Assembly (NCBI GenBank): GCA_963668355.1 | Contig: OY764265.1 | Coordinates: 1,472,001-1,536,000, forward strand | Source of the DNA: Bdellovibrionota bacterium | GTDB taxonomy: Bacteria; Bdellovibrionota_G; JALEGL01; DATDPG01 | DNA length: 64,000 nucleotides | Direction: 5' to 3' | Program-made: the position numbers and the translations under genes | The notes under the pieces: generated by a model | Database searches by the model: none | What the model saw: the letters and a program-made list of their open reading frames with translations, nothing else | Told to the model about the DNA's origin: nothing | Shown here: one piece after another, positions 32,007-40,218 of the stretch | How positions within the stretch are numbered: the first letter of the stretch is position 1 | Layout: every line of letters begins with the position of its first letter

Positions 32007-32442
32007 AAGTTCAAAAAAAACACCACAAATGAGGCCTCATCGTCCGAAGAGGCATGGTTGGTTTAGGTGCCTATGATCGAGTGAACATACGGCTTTGCCG
32101 GATGTTTGCGAGGGGGGTGTCGGGGCCAGAACCGATTTTCCTTTTGAGGTTCTGTCCATGACTAAGATAACGATGTTGGCGCGGCTAAGAGGCGAAGCGC
32201 AGAAAAAGCCTGAAGAGTAAAAGTTCAAAAAAAACACCACAAATGAGGCCTCATCGTCCGAAGAGGCATGGTTGGTTTAGGTGCCTATGATCGAGTGAAC
32301 ATACGGCTTTGCCGGATGTTTGCGAGGGGGGTGTCGGGGCCAGAACCGATTTTCCTTTTGAGGTTCTGTCCATGACTAAGATAACGATGTTGGCGCGGCT
32401 AAGAGGCGAAGCGCAGAAAAAGCCTGAAGAGTAAAAGTTCAA
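31958..32442. repeat. A-B-A-B-A tandem repeat, period 214 bp (A = 57 bp, B = 157 bp)
   Basis: A starts at 31958, 32172 and 32386 and equals the last 49 bp of the small ORF plus 8 bp; the two B copies appear identical. Confidence 0.95.
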
Positions 32443-32448
32443 TAAAGC

Positions 32449-33546
32449 GACAGACGACAGAACGCACAGTACGTACGGTTGGCTCCTCAAGGTTTGAGCT
32501 CGTCGAAGGGTAAGAAACATCCCGTTACCGAGATGAACTTTCCGCTTACGTGGCTTAAGTTGAGTTTCAAAGTTTCTTTGTCGAGTCAGCTAGAAAGCCT
32601 ATGGCTTACTTTCTCCCCGTTCGTCCTTTGCATTTCGTGGGACCCTCGGGTTTTCACTGCCCAACTCCCTTAACCGTCTCGCGATCGATTAAGTTCGTAC
32701 TTTCACTCTTTCCTACCACCTTAGCGTATTCGCCCTTACGTGAGCCGCCCTTTGTTTTTTTCGGCTTTGTCGACGAAGTCAAGCCTAAAACAAAAAGCTC
32801 CTCGCTGAGCATCTCGACCCTACAGCATATCCGGTTCTTGAGGCCCTTTTTCTGCACTTTCTCAAAGAAAGCGTCCAACATGCTTTGCCATGCACCTTGG
32901 AAGTCCCGTCCTTAGGGTTTGGCTACCCTTGCGACGGCGTAAGCTCTCACGAACCTTGGAAGCCTTTTTCAGCCTCCAACACTCCTGGGCTTCTCCCTTT
33001 GAAGCCTTTCTCCGAAAACGTGATCGAAGAAATTGTTTCCAACTCTTCTTTCGCTCTTGCGCTTTTCCAACAAACCCTTTCGAGCCTGTTGCCGGCGCTC
33101 CAACGATTTGATCCCACGTTTTCAGCCGTACCCCTTAATGCACCTGAGTGTTTAATTCAGGTCGGGGCCCTTGCTCCTTTGGGACTTTGGGTCTCTTGGG
33201 CATTCCCTCAAGCCAGTATTGCCTGAAAGCGTCTCTCTTTCTTAGGCTCCCCTCTTATTCTTTTTAAGTGAAGACTGTTACCAACCTACACCCGCTCGAA
33301 TCTCAGGGTTTTCCTACTGGCCGATTGGCTTTTTCCTTCGAAAAGGACGCCAGCCCATCTGACCTTTTTCACCGACGATCGCATCCAACCTTTTTGAGCT
33401 TCCAAGGAGTTGCCGCCTATTTTTTCAGCGTGACTTTCGGGCCACAGTTACCTGTTCCTTTCAGTCATTGTTGCAATCCTTTTTAGCCCGCCTTGCGGAA
33501 GGCTGGACACCGTTTCGGTGCCGTTCGCGGCGATCTCTCGCCTGTC
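32449..33546 (-). ncRNA. Candidate large (~1.1 kb) structured non-coding RNA, family unassigned
   Basis: No credible ORF; 5' GACAGGCGA pairs with 3' UCGUCUGUC; many GNRA-containing hairpins; purine-rich minus strand; promoter-like sequence immediately upstream. Confidence 0.75.
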
Positions 33547-33554
33547 AGGAATGA

Positions 33555-33583
33555 GTTTTAGTGGCAGTGTTGAATGGGGTCAA
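33555..33583 (-). promoter_or_regulatory. Sigma70-like promoter for the candidate large RNA
   Basis: TTGACC-N17-TAAAAC(T), ending 8 nt before the start of the terminal helix. Confidence 0.55.
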
Positions 33584-33877
33584 AGTTCTTTTTGCGAGAT
33601 TTTTCCGAAACTTTGAAAAGGAATGGTTTCAAAGAGTTAGAAAAACCTAGAAAAGCTTCTAGACGCCTCAAGGAAAGACACTCTTCGGAAACGTTGCTGG
33701 GGCAAGGAGAGAAGAGAACCTCAGGGTGTCTCGGACTCCAGGGTGCCATGGGTGACGATATGTATATAGTCATTGTGGCCACGGGAAATCCGCTGTGAGG
33801 ATTCCCAAAGCCTTTCTTAATGGGGACTCTGAGAAGGTTTTGAATCTCGGGTGCGAAATATAAAGAAAAGGTAAAGG

Positions 33878-33909
33878 CCCAAGCCGCCTCCAAAAAAAGG
33901 CGGCTTGGG
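33878..33909 (-). terminator. Intrinsic terminator-like hairpin after the 33965-34522 gene
   Basis: 12-bp perfect stem cccaagccgcct/aggcggcttggg, followed on the minus strand by a T-rich tract. Confidence 0.7.
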
Positions 33910-33964
33910 TAGAAGATGGTTATTTGATCGGATTATTGTGAATGTCTTGGGAATGCCAGAAAAT

Positions 33965-34522
33965 CTAATTCACTTCGGCTCGGGAGTCGTTTCCATCCGG
34001 AAGCTTTGTCGCTCCGGGCACGTTGATGGTCAAAGAAGCCATGTGATGTTCCGAATCCGAATCGACCAAAACGAGGTGGAGAAGGCTTCCTTTTTTTCTC
34101 GTGACCTTAAGTGTTTGGAAGAATTTTCCATATTCATCGACCGCTAGGCGTTCGATTTTCGTTTGGGAGTCCCAGTCATGTCGTACATGCATTTCGAAAG
34201 CTTGGCATCGATCATCGAAAAGAATGACGGGCTCTTCCTCGGCAAGCTGTTCGGTTCGATTTAATGTAAACTCGCAATAGAGACCGGCTGACGGGGAGTT
34301 TAATTGAACTTCGACCGAAGAAAGCTTGTGGCCTAGAAAAGGAATATCCGCCGTTAAAATAACTTGAGCCGGAAAGACTTCCCCATCTACCCTGACGGTG
34401 GTTGCGGTTTGAATGACCTTATCCCTGGCCAAAGCCGCAGTGGAAAGAGTGAAAAAAAAGGCAACCAAGAGAGTCACTCCCAGGGTTGCCCGAAAACAAT
34501 AGCACGTTGCACCTTTTAGCAT
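33965..34522 (-). CDS. Secreted hypothetical protein
   Basis: AGGGGG RBS-like sequence, signal peptide ending AALA. Confidence 0.7.
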   Translation of the reverse strand: MLKGATCYCFRATLGVTLLVAFFFTLSTAALARDKVIQTATTVRVDGEVFPAQVILTADIPFLGHKLSSVEVQLNSPSAGLYCEFTLNRTEQLAEEEPVILFDDRCQAFEMHVRHDWDSQTKIERLAVDEYGKFFQTLKVTRKKGSLLHLVLVDSDSEHHMASLTINVPGATKLPDGNDSRAEVN

Positions 34523-34685
34523 ATGTCCCCCTACGCAAATGGTTTTTGTTCAATATCCGGGAGACGAAGATTGGGCGCAGCCCAAGTGTTGGAAGATGCC
34601 CTACCTCAATTTCCCCCTGAAGCAATAGCTGTCCTTAGAACTATCACGCAGGGCGGCGAGTCCAAAGAAAAATCTTTATACAATC

Positions 34686-35180
34686 TTAAAAAAAGTAGCG
34701 AAGGGCATCTCGACAGGAAAAGACCGCAAACTGGCCGTCTTCTCGTTTGACCGGAACATGACGATAATTCCCCATGGCCATTTTATTCAAAGCCGATCCA
34801 ATGGAATCCGTTTCACGCAGAGCCTCTGGAGATGGGCTCATGACGTTACGGACTTCCAATTGGGTCAAATTCGCATTGGGCTTGGCGACTCGATGAAGCA
34901 CATCTCTACGGGTGAGGAGTCCCACCAAGTTTCCTTGCTCCACAATCAGGGCACATCCTCGATGACGATCCCTCATTTGGCGGATGACTTCCACCATTGG
35001 GGTGTCGGGAGTGACCACAATGGCTGATCGCATTCCGGCTTGCCCGATGGGGTCGGAAATTTTTCGATCTCCACTTTCGACCATTCTCCACTTCACTTGA
35101 GTTTCAGTGAGGGAGGATCCGCATTCGTCACAAAAATCAGATCCCTCGATATTGTCATGGCCGCAAGCTGGACATTCCAT
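34686..35180 (-). CDS. Zinc-ribbon plus CBS-pair protein
   Basis: CPACG..FCDECG, followed by two CBS motifs (LVGLLTRRD, YRHVPV). Confidence 0.88.
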   Translation of the reverse strand: MECPACGHDNIEGSDFCDECGSSLTETQVKWRMVESGDRKISDPIGQAGMRSAIVVTPDTPMVEVIRQMRDRHRGCALIVEQGNLVGLLTRRDVLHRVAKPNANLTQLEVRNVMSPSPEALRETDSIGSALNKMAMGNYRHVPVKREDGQFAVFSCRDALRYFF

Positions 35181-35181
35181 T

Positions 35182-36201
35182 TTATTCCACCCTCCAGGAA
35201 TCTCTTCCACCCAGAAGCTTTCCTAAATCTCCTTCGCCTTTCACTGCACGATGCTTTTCGTTTTGTTCTCGCATCATGTCGTTATAGGTAGGACGCTCCA
35301 CACTTCGAAAAACGCCTACCGGAACAGGAAATTCCGGATGCGTCATTCGCGAAAGCATAAAGGCAATGGTCGGATTGTTGAGGTTTTCTCGATGAACCAA
35401 AATATCATCCCGAGTGACACCGTTTTCACCGATGGTCACGACGGTGGGCGTTTCATTCTGAATGATGATTCCCTTTTCCTTCTCTTTTCCAAAGAGCATG
35501 GGTTTCCCATCTTCTAAAACCAGAAGGCGGTCTTCGCGGACGGCGCGATCGGAAATGTTTTTGAATGCACCGTTGTTGAAGATGTTGCAGTTTTGCAAAA
35601 TTTCAATGAAAGACACACCTTTGTGTTTGGCGGCGGCTTCGATCATTTGCGCAAGATGATCCGTGTGAACATCAATGGTCCGGGCTACGAACGTCGCTTC
35701 AGCTGCGAGGGCAACCGAAACAGATCGAACGGGGTAGTCGATGGATCCAAACGGAGTTGATTTTGTCTTCTTTCCTTTTTCGGAGGTGGGGGAATATTGC
35801 CCTTTGGTCAAACCATAAATTCGGTTGTTGAACATGAGAACATTGATGTCCACGTTTCTCCGAAGTGTGTGCATGAAATGGTTTCCACCAATGGAAAGAG
35901 CGTCACCATCTCCCGTGACGACCCAAGTCGAGAGGTCGGGTCGTGCACATTTGAGTCCAGTGGCAAGCGTCATGGCTCGACCATGGATGGAGTGAAATCC
36001 ATACGTGCTCATGTAATAGGGAAAACGACTGGAACATCCGATTCCTGAAATGAACGCATAATTTTCTCGTGGAATGCCAAGCTTAGGCAAAACTTTTTGA
36101 ACCGTAGCCAAAATGGCATAGTCACCACACCCAGGGCACCAACGAACCTCTTGGTCGCTGACAAAATCAAAACGGGTTAACTTGTTTTCTGGAGTACTCA
36201 T
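35182..36201 (-). CDS. korB: 2-oxoacid:ferredoxin oxidoreductase beta subunit
   Basis: WCPGCGD, SGIGCSSR, HGRA, TGDGD, YGLTKGQYSPT. Confidence 0.95.
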   Translation of the reverse strand: MSTPENKLTRFDFVSDQEVRWCPGCGDYAILATVQKVLPKLGIPRENYAFISGIGCSSRFPYYMSTYGFHSIHGRAMTLATGLKCARPDLSTWVVTGDGDALSIGGNHFMHTLRRNVDINVLMFNNRIYGLTKGQYSPTSEKGKKTKSTPFGSIDYPVRSVSVALAAEATFVARTIDVHTDHLAQMIEAAAKHKGVSFIEILQNCNIFNNGAFKNISDRAVREDRLLVLEDGKPMLFGKEKEKGIIIQNETPTVVTIGENGVTRDDILVHRENLNNPTIAFMLSRMTHPEFPVPVGVFRSVERPTYNDMMREQNEKHRAVKGEGDLGKLLGGRDSWRVE

Positions 36202-38090
36202 AAAAATTTCTCAATTCCTTCCACGACTTCTCGAATCTTAAAGGGTTGTCCTTGCAGTTTGTTGATTCCTTTTACGTCGATCAGAAAACGATCTCTTAGA
36301 ATCATGCGAAGTTGCCCAAGATTGAGTTCGGGGACGACAACTTGTTCAAAGTTTTTGAAGATTTCTCCCAAGTCTTTTGGAAGTGGATTGATGTACCGAA
36401 GGTGAATCATGGAGACAGATTTTCCATCTTCCTGCACTCGTTCGACCGCTGTTTTTACGGCGCCAAACGTGCTTCCCCAACTCACAATCAGAACCTTTCC
36501 AGATTTCTTCCCGTAAATTTTCGTGGGAGGAATGTCTTGCGTGACTCTGAGGATTTTCTCTGCACGCAACTTTGACATTTTCTCGTGGTTGAGAGGGTCA
36601 TAGCTCACGGCTCCCGTAACATCTTGCTTTTCCAAGCCTCCGATTCGATGCTCCAACCCTTTTGTGCCCGGAGTGATCCAAGGGCGAGCCAGGGTTTTTT
36701 CATCTCGTTTGTAGGGGTGGAAAGATTTCGCATCCACCAAACCTTTGATCTCAAACTTCTTGAGCTCTTTGAGTTCAGGGATTCGCCATGGTTCTGCCCC
36801 ATTGGCCAAGTAACCATCCGTTAAAAGAAGAACGGGGGTCATGTATTTTGCGGCAATGCGCATGGCATCGATCATCGTGTCGAAGCAATCCGAAGGCGTG
36901 GCTGCAGCCATGACCACAACGGGGCTTTCACCGTTCCGTCCCATCATGGCTTGAAGTAAATCACCTTGCTCCGTTTTGGTGGGCATTCCCGTACTTGGTC
37001 CAGCGCGTTGGACGTTCAATACTACGAGAGGCAATTCCGTCATGACCGCCAAACCAATGGCTTCGGACTTAAGAGCCAGTCCGGGACCACTCGTTCCCGT
37101 AACAGATAGAGAGCCCCCAAAAGAAGCTCCGATGCTGGCTCCAATGGCCGCAATTTCGTCTTCCGCTTGGAAGGTTTGAATGTTGAAGTGCTTATGTCTG
37201 GCCAGTTCGTGCAAGACTTCGCTAGCAGGGGTGATGGGATAGCTTCCATAAAACAACGGTCGATTGGCCAACTGAGAAGCAGCAACCATTCCCATCGCTG
37301 TGCATTCATTTCCGGTGACTTGTCGGTAAAGTCCCGGTTTTAATTTGGCAGACCTTACCCGATAATGTGTTGAGAAGACTTCCGAGGTTTCTCCGTAAAA
37401 ATATCCGGCTTTCAGGGCACGTTTATTGGCTTCGGCCACGTGCTCAATTTTGGCGAATTTCTCGTCGATCCATTCCAATGTGGGGTCGAGGGGGCGATTG
37501 AAAAGCCAAAACATAAATCCCAGGGCGTAGAAATTTTTGCAGCGATCTTTTTCTTTTCCCGTGATGGGCAAATCCTTCAACGCTTCTTTGTTCAGCGTCG
37601 TGATTGGAATTTCCAACACGCGGTAAGCACTCAAGGAACCGTCTTCTAGAGGGTTCGTTTCATAACTTGCCTTGATCAAGTTGTGCTCTTTGAATGCGTC
37701 CCGATTCGCAATGATCATTTCTCCGAGTGGGAGATCTTTCAAGTTCACTTTTAACGCTGCGGGGTTCATCGCAACGAGTACATTCGGAACGTCTCCTGGC
37801 GTATAGATGTCGTGACTGGAAAAATTGATTTGAAAACCACTGACCCCCGGTAGCGAACCCGCAGGGGCTCGAATTTCCGCAGGATAATCTGGAAGTGTCG
37901 AAACATCATTCCCGAGATACGCAGCGGTTTGGGTGAATTGTGAACCCGTTAACTGCATACCATCGCCCGAGTCTCCTGCGAACCGAACGGTTACAGTGTC
38001 TAGCTCTTCAATTCGATGATTGGGTTTTTTCTTGGGGTTGGAAGATTCGTTTTTTTCTTCTTCTGGCTTGTTTTGCCCTTCTTTGGCCAT
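36198..38090 (-). CDS. korA: 2-oxoacid:ferredoxin oxidoreductase alpha subunit (gamma-alpha fusion)
   Basis: FAGDSGDGMQ, YPITPAS, QAEDEIAA, TSGPG, QRAGPSTGMPTK. Confidence 0.95.
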   Translation of the reverse strand: MAKEGQNKPEEEKNESSNPKKKPNHRIEELDTVTVRFAGDSGDGMQLTGSQFTQTAAYLGNDVSTLPDYPAEIRAPAGSLPGVSGFQINFSSHDIYTPGDVPNVLVAMNPAALKVNLKDLPLGEMIIANRDAFKEHNLIKASYETNPLEDGSLSAYRVLEIPITTLNKEALKDLPITGKEKDRCKNFYALGFMFWLFNRPLDPTLEWIDEKFAKIEHVAEANKRALKAGYFYGETSEVFSTHYRVRSAKLKPGLYRQVTGNECTAMGMVAASQLANRPLFYGSYPITPASEVLHELARHKHFNIQTFQAEDEIAAIGASIGASFGGSLSVTGTSGPGLALKSEAIGLAVMTELPLVVLNVQRAGPSTGMPTKTEQGDLLQAMMGRNGESPVVVMAAATPSDCFDTMIDAMRIAAKYMTPVLLLTDGYLANGAEPWRIPELKELKKFEIKGLVDAKSFHPYKRDEKTLARPWITPGTKGLEHRIGGLEKQDVTGAVSYDPLNHEKMSKLRAEKILRVTQDIPPTKIYGKKSGKVLIVSWGSTFGAVKTAVERVQEDGKSVSMIHLRYINPLPKDLGEIFKNFEQVVVPELNLGQLRMILRDRFLIDVKGINKLQGQPFKIREVVEGIEKFL

Positions 38091-38097
38091 TGGCTTT

Positions 38098-39564
38098 CTA
38101 GCCTCCTTCGGGAGTTCTATGAGTCGCATGTAGCTTAGGGGGAAGATTCATGACGTCTTCAGGAAAATGTTCGGCTAAAAGCTTGATAACATTTTTCAGG
38201 GAAAGAACGCCACGAAGAGTTCCATCTTCTTTGAAGACTGGAAGGTGTCGAAAGTCTTTTTTTCTCATGATGTACAAAGCTTTGCGAAGAGGCTCACTGT
38301 ACAGCATGGTTTCCGGTTGAATGGTTGAAAACATGGAGATGGGATTGTCCCAATCCACGTTTTCCAAAATGACACGGTCGACAACATCTCGTTCCGTAAA
38401 AATTCCCGAAACTTCATGTCCTCGCATTGTGACGACACATCCAGCTTTATACTCGTTCATTGCATCCACAACTTCACGAAGAGGCTTTTCTTCAGAGACA
38501 ACGATTCCCGGACTCAACGGAACTTGTCGAATCAAATAGTCATGAAGCAATTTGTTCATCTTGGGCGGGATCATACCCCGTTCCTGTTTAAGCGCAACGG
38601 GGTAGGTTGGAAAAGCCGCCAATAAATTTCGGGAAAAAGCCTTCCACCCGGTTCGTTCCAAAGCCGTGTTTTTGAACATTTTTGAGAAACGTTCGGAATC
38701 CAAATTTCGGCCCTCATCCACAGAAAGCCGGGTATGGGGTCTCGGTGAAAATTCGTTGAGGGATGAGATTTGAGGTTTTCGATTCCAAGGGCAGACCTCT
38801 TGGCAGATGTCGCATCCTGCAACCCAACCCTCTAAATGTTTAGCGATTCCAGAAGGGATTTCCCCAGTTCGGTTTTCAAGCGTGTGATACGAAATGCACC
38901 GATTGGCGTCCAATTGATATGGCTCTGGAAAGGCCTGGGTGGGGCAAGCCTCCAAACATCTTGTGCATGTTCCGCAGTGATTGGTCGCAGGGGAGTCGGG
39001 AGGGAGCTTTAGTGTTGTGAGCAATACGCCCAGGACATGATAAGACCCAGCTTTTCCGCTGATGGTGCACGTGTTTTTTCCGATCCATCCGATGCCTGCT
39101 CTTTCCGCGAGGTCCCTCTCCAAAATGGGCCCGGTGTCCACATAGGCTTTAAAGTTAAAGGCTTCCGAGGTGGCGGACTTCATCCAATCCGCTAACTTAT
39201 GAAGCTTCGCTTTGACGACGTCGTGGTAGTCCGTTCCCCAAGCGTACCGCGCAATCTTTGGCGTGTTTTCTTGAGGCGTTTGAGCTGGAGCGTAAGAGAA
39301 GGCCCCCACGAGGACGGACTCCACACCCTCTAAAGTAGTGGTTAAGTCACCTCTTCGTTTCATGCGGGAAGACTCGGTCAAATACCACATGTCCGCGGCA
39401 TATCCTTTTTCGATCCATTCCAAATACCGTCCATAGGTTTTGGGTGGCTCAGCAGTGGTGATGCCGAGTTGATCGAAGCCCAGAATTTGGGCTTGAGCCT
39501 TCAGTACTTTGGTCTGGATACTCAAGAAGGATCTAATGCCAGAAAATAAGCAAAGATTCAGCAT
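38098..39564 (-). CDS. queG: Epoxyqueuosine reductase in frame with a C-terminal CBS pair
   Basis: IARYAWGTDYH, VDTGPILER, GWIGKN, CGTCTRCLEACPT, GCDICQEVCPWN; the last ~150 aa are CBS domains (GIFTERD, FRHLPV). True start may be TTG at 39525. Confidence 0.88.
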   Translation of the reverse strand: MLNLCLFSGIRSFLSIQTKVLKAQAQILGFDQLGITTAEPPKTYGRYLEWIEKGYAADMWYLTESSRMKRRGDLTTTLEGVESVLVGAFSYAPAQTPQENTPKIARYAWGTDYHDVVKAKLHKLADWMKSATSEAFNFKAYVDTGPILERDLAERAGIGWIGKNTCTISGKAGSYHVLGVLLTTLKLPPDSPATNHCGTCTRCLEACPTQAFPEPYQLDANRCISYHTLENRTGEIPSGIAKHLEGWVAGCDICQEVCPWNRKPQISSLNEFSPRPHTRLSVDEGRNLDSERFSKMFKNTALERTGWKAFSRNLLAAFPTYPVALKQERGMIPPKMNKLLHDYLIRQVPLSPGIVVSEEKPLREVVDAMNEYKAGCVVTMRGHEVSGIFTERDVVDRVILENVDWDNPISMFSTIQPETMLYSEPLRKALYIMRKKDFRHLPVFKEDGTLRGVLSLKNVIKLLAEHFPEDVMNLPPKLHATHRTPEGG

Positions 39565-39656
39565 TCCTGGAAAAAATATGCGGACAACGAAAATCAGGTT
39601 TGTAAAGAAGATCCAAAAAGCTAAATAATCTTAATAGGTTGGCCTGGGGAGGGCCT

Positions 39657-39671
39657 TGGCATTTTCTTTGC
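39657..39671 (+). promoter_or_regulatory. Sigma54 (-24/-12) promoter
   Basis: TGGCATTTTCTTTGC, exact GG-N10-GC spacing. Confidence 0.65.
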
Positions 39672-39687
39672 TCTGATAAGAAAAACC

Positions 39688-39777
39688 ATGCGTGACTCAA
39701 TTCAAATCAAACTGGCTTTCATTACTTTAGCCTTGATCATTCTGGCGGTTGGAAGCGCAGCACAGACGTTCTTTTAA
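39688..39777 (+). CDS. 29-aa hydrophobic small protein (MRDSIQIKLAFITLALIILAVGSAAQTFF)
   Basis: Fills the intergenic gap, sits directly downstream of the sigma54 motif, and its stop overlaps the convergent cupin stop. Confidence 0.55.
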   Translation: MRDSIQIKLAFITLALIILAVGSAAQTFF

Positions 39778-40103
39778 GCGGCTGGCTTTTCAGGCGGGGC
39801 GGTTGTGACCAAGAGAGTCAATCTCTCTTCGGCCATATTCACCACACCGTGTTCGTTTCCGGCGGGAACCACGACGGCCGTTCCCGATCTTAATTCTCGT
39901 GTGGCTCTCCCAATTGTAAAACGCCCAATGCCTTCCAGAATGAAGTAGATTCGATCGGACTTTAAAAACTTTTGGGGTCGTTGGACTTGTCCCGGTTCCA
40001 AACAGAATAGGTCGGCCTCAATTTGTGGGCTCGAAAAAAGCTCATTTTTTTGCATTTTATCCGGAGAAAAACGCATGGCGGACCTGATATCGATGGTTTT
40101 CAA
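39774..40103 (-). CDS. Cupin domain protein
   Basis: LEPGQ..YFILEGIG..VVVPAGNEHGVVN; the first metal-binding His motif appears lost. Confidence 0.85.
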   Translation of the reverse strand: MKTIDIRSAMRFSPDKMQKNELFSSPQIEADLFCLEPGQVQRPQKFLKSDRIYFILEGIGRFTIGRATRELRSGTAVVVPAGNEHGVVNMAEERLTLLVTTAPPEKPAA

Positions 40104-40218
40104 CTTAACCTGACTCTACCAGAGAACCCGGTTTCTGACTGTCAAAAATGGATGAATTTGAGGTGGAATATTTCCTGGGTTGATTGAGGAAAGGCATCTG
40201 AGATAAATTCTCTGACCT

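Noticed and set aside
31958..32442. CRISPR-like array (three repeats, two spacers)
   Set aside because: The repeat is 57 bp and derived from a coding end, the spacers are 157 bp and identical, and no cas genes are in the window.
32449..33546. Identification as RNase P RNA, tmRNA, an rRNA fragment or a group II intron
   Set aside because: I found no GAGGAAAGUCC signature, no tRNA-like ends or tag peptide, no universal rRNA motifs, no GUGYG start or domain V, and no interrupted host gene. Checked by eye only.
32037..33893. Short ORFs of 64-113 aa across the tandem repeat and the candidate RNA
   Set aside because: They overlap on both strands, lack clear RBSs and recognisable domains, and their composition is explained by repeat or RNA sequence.
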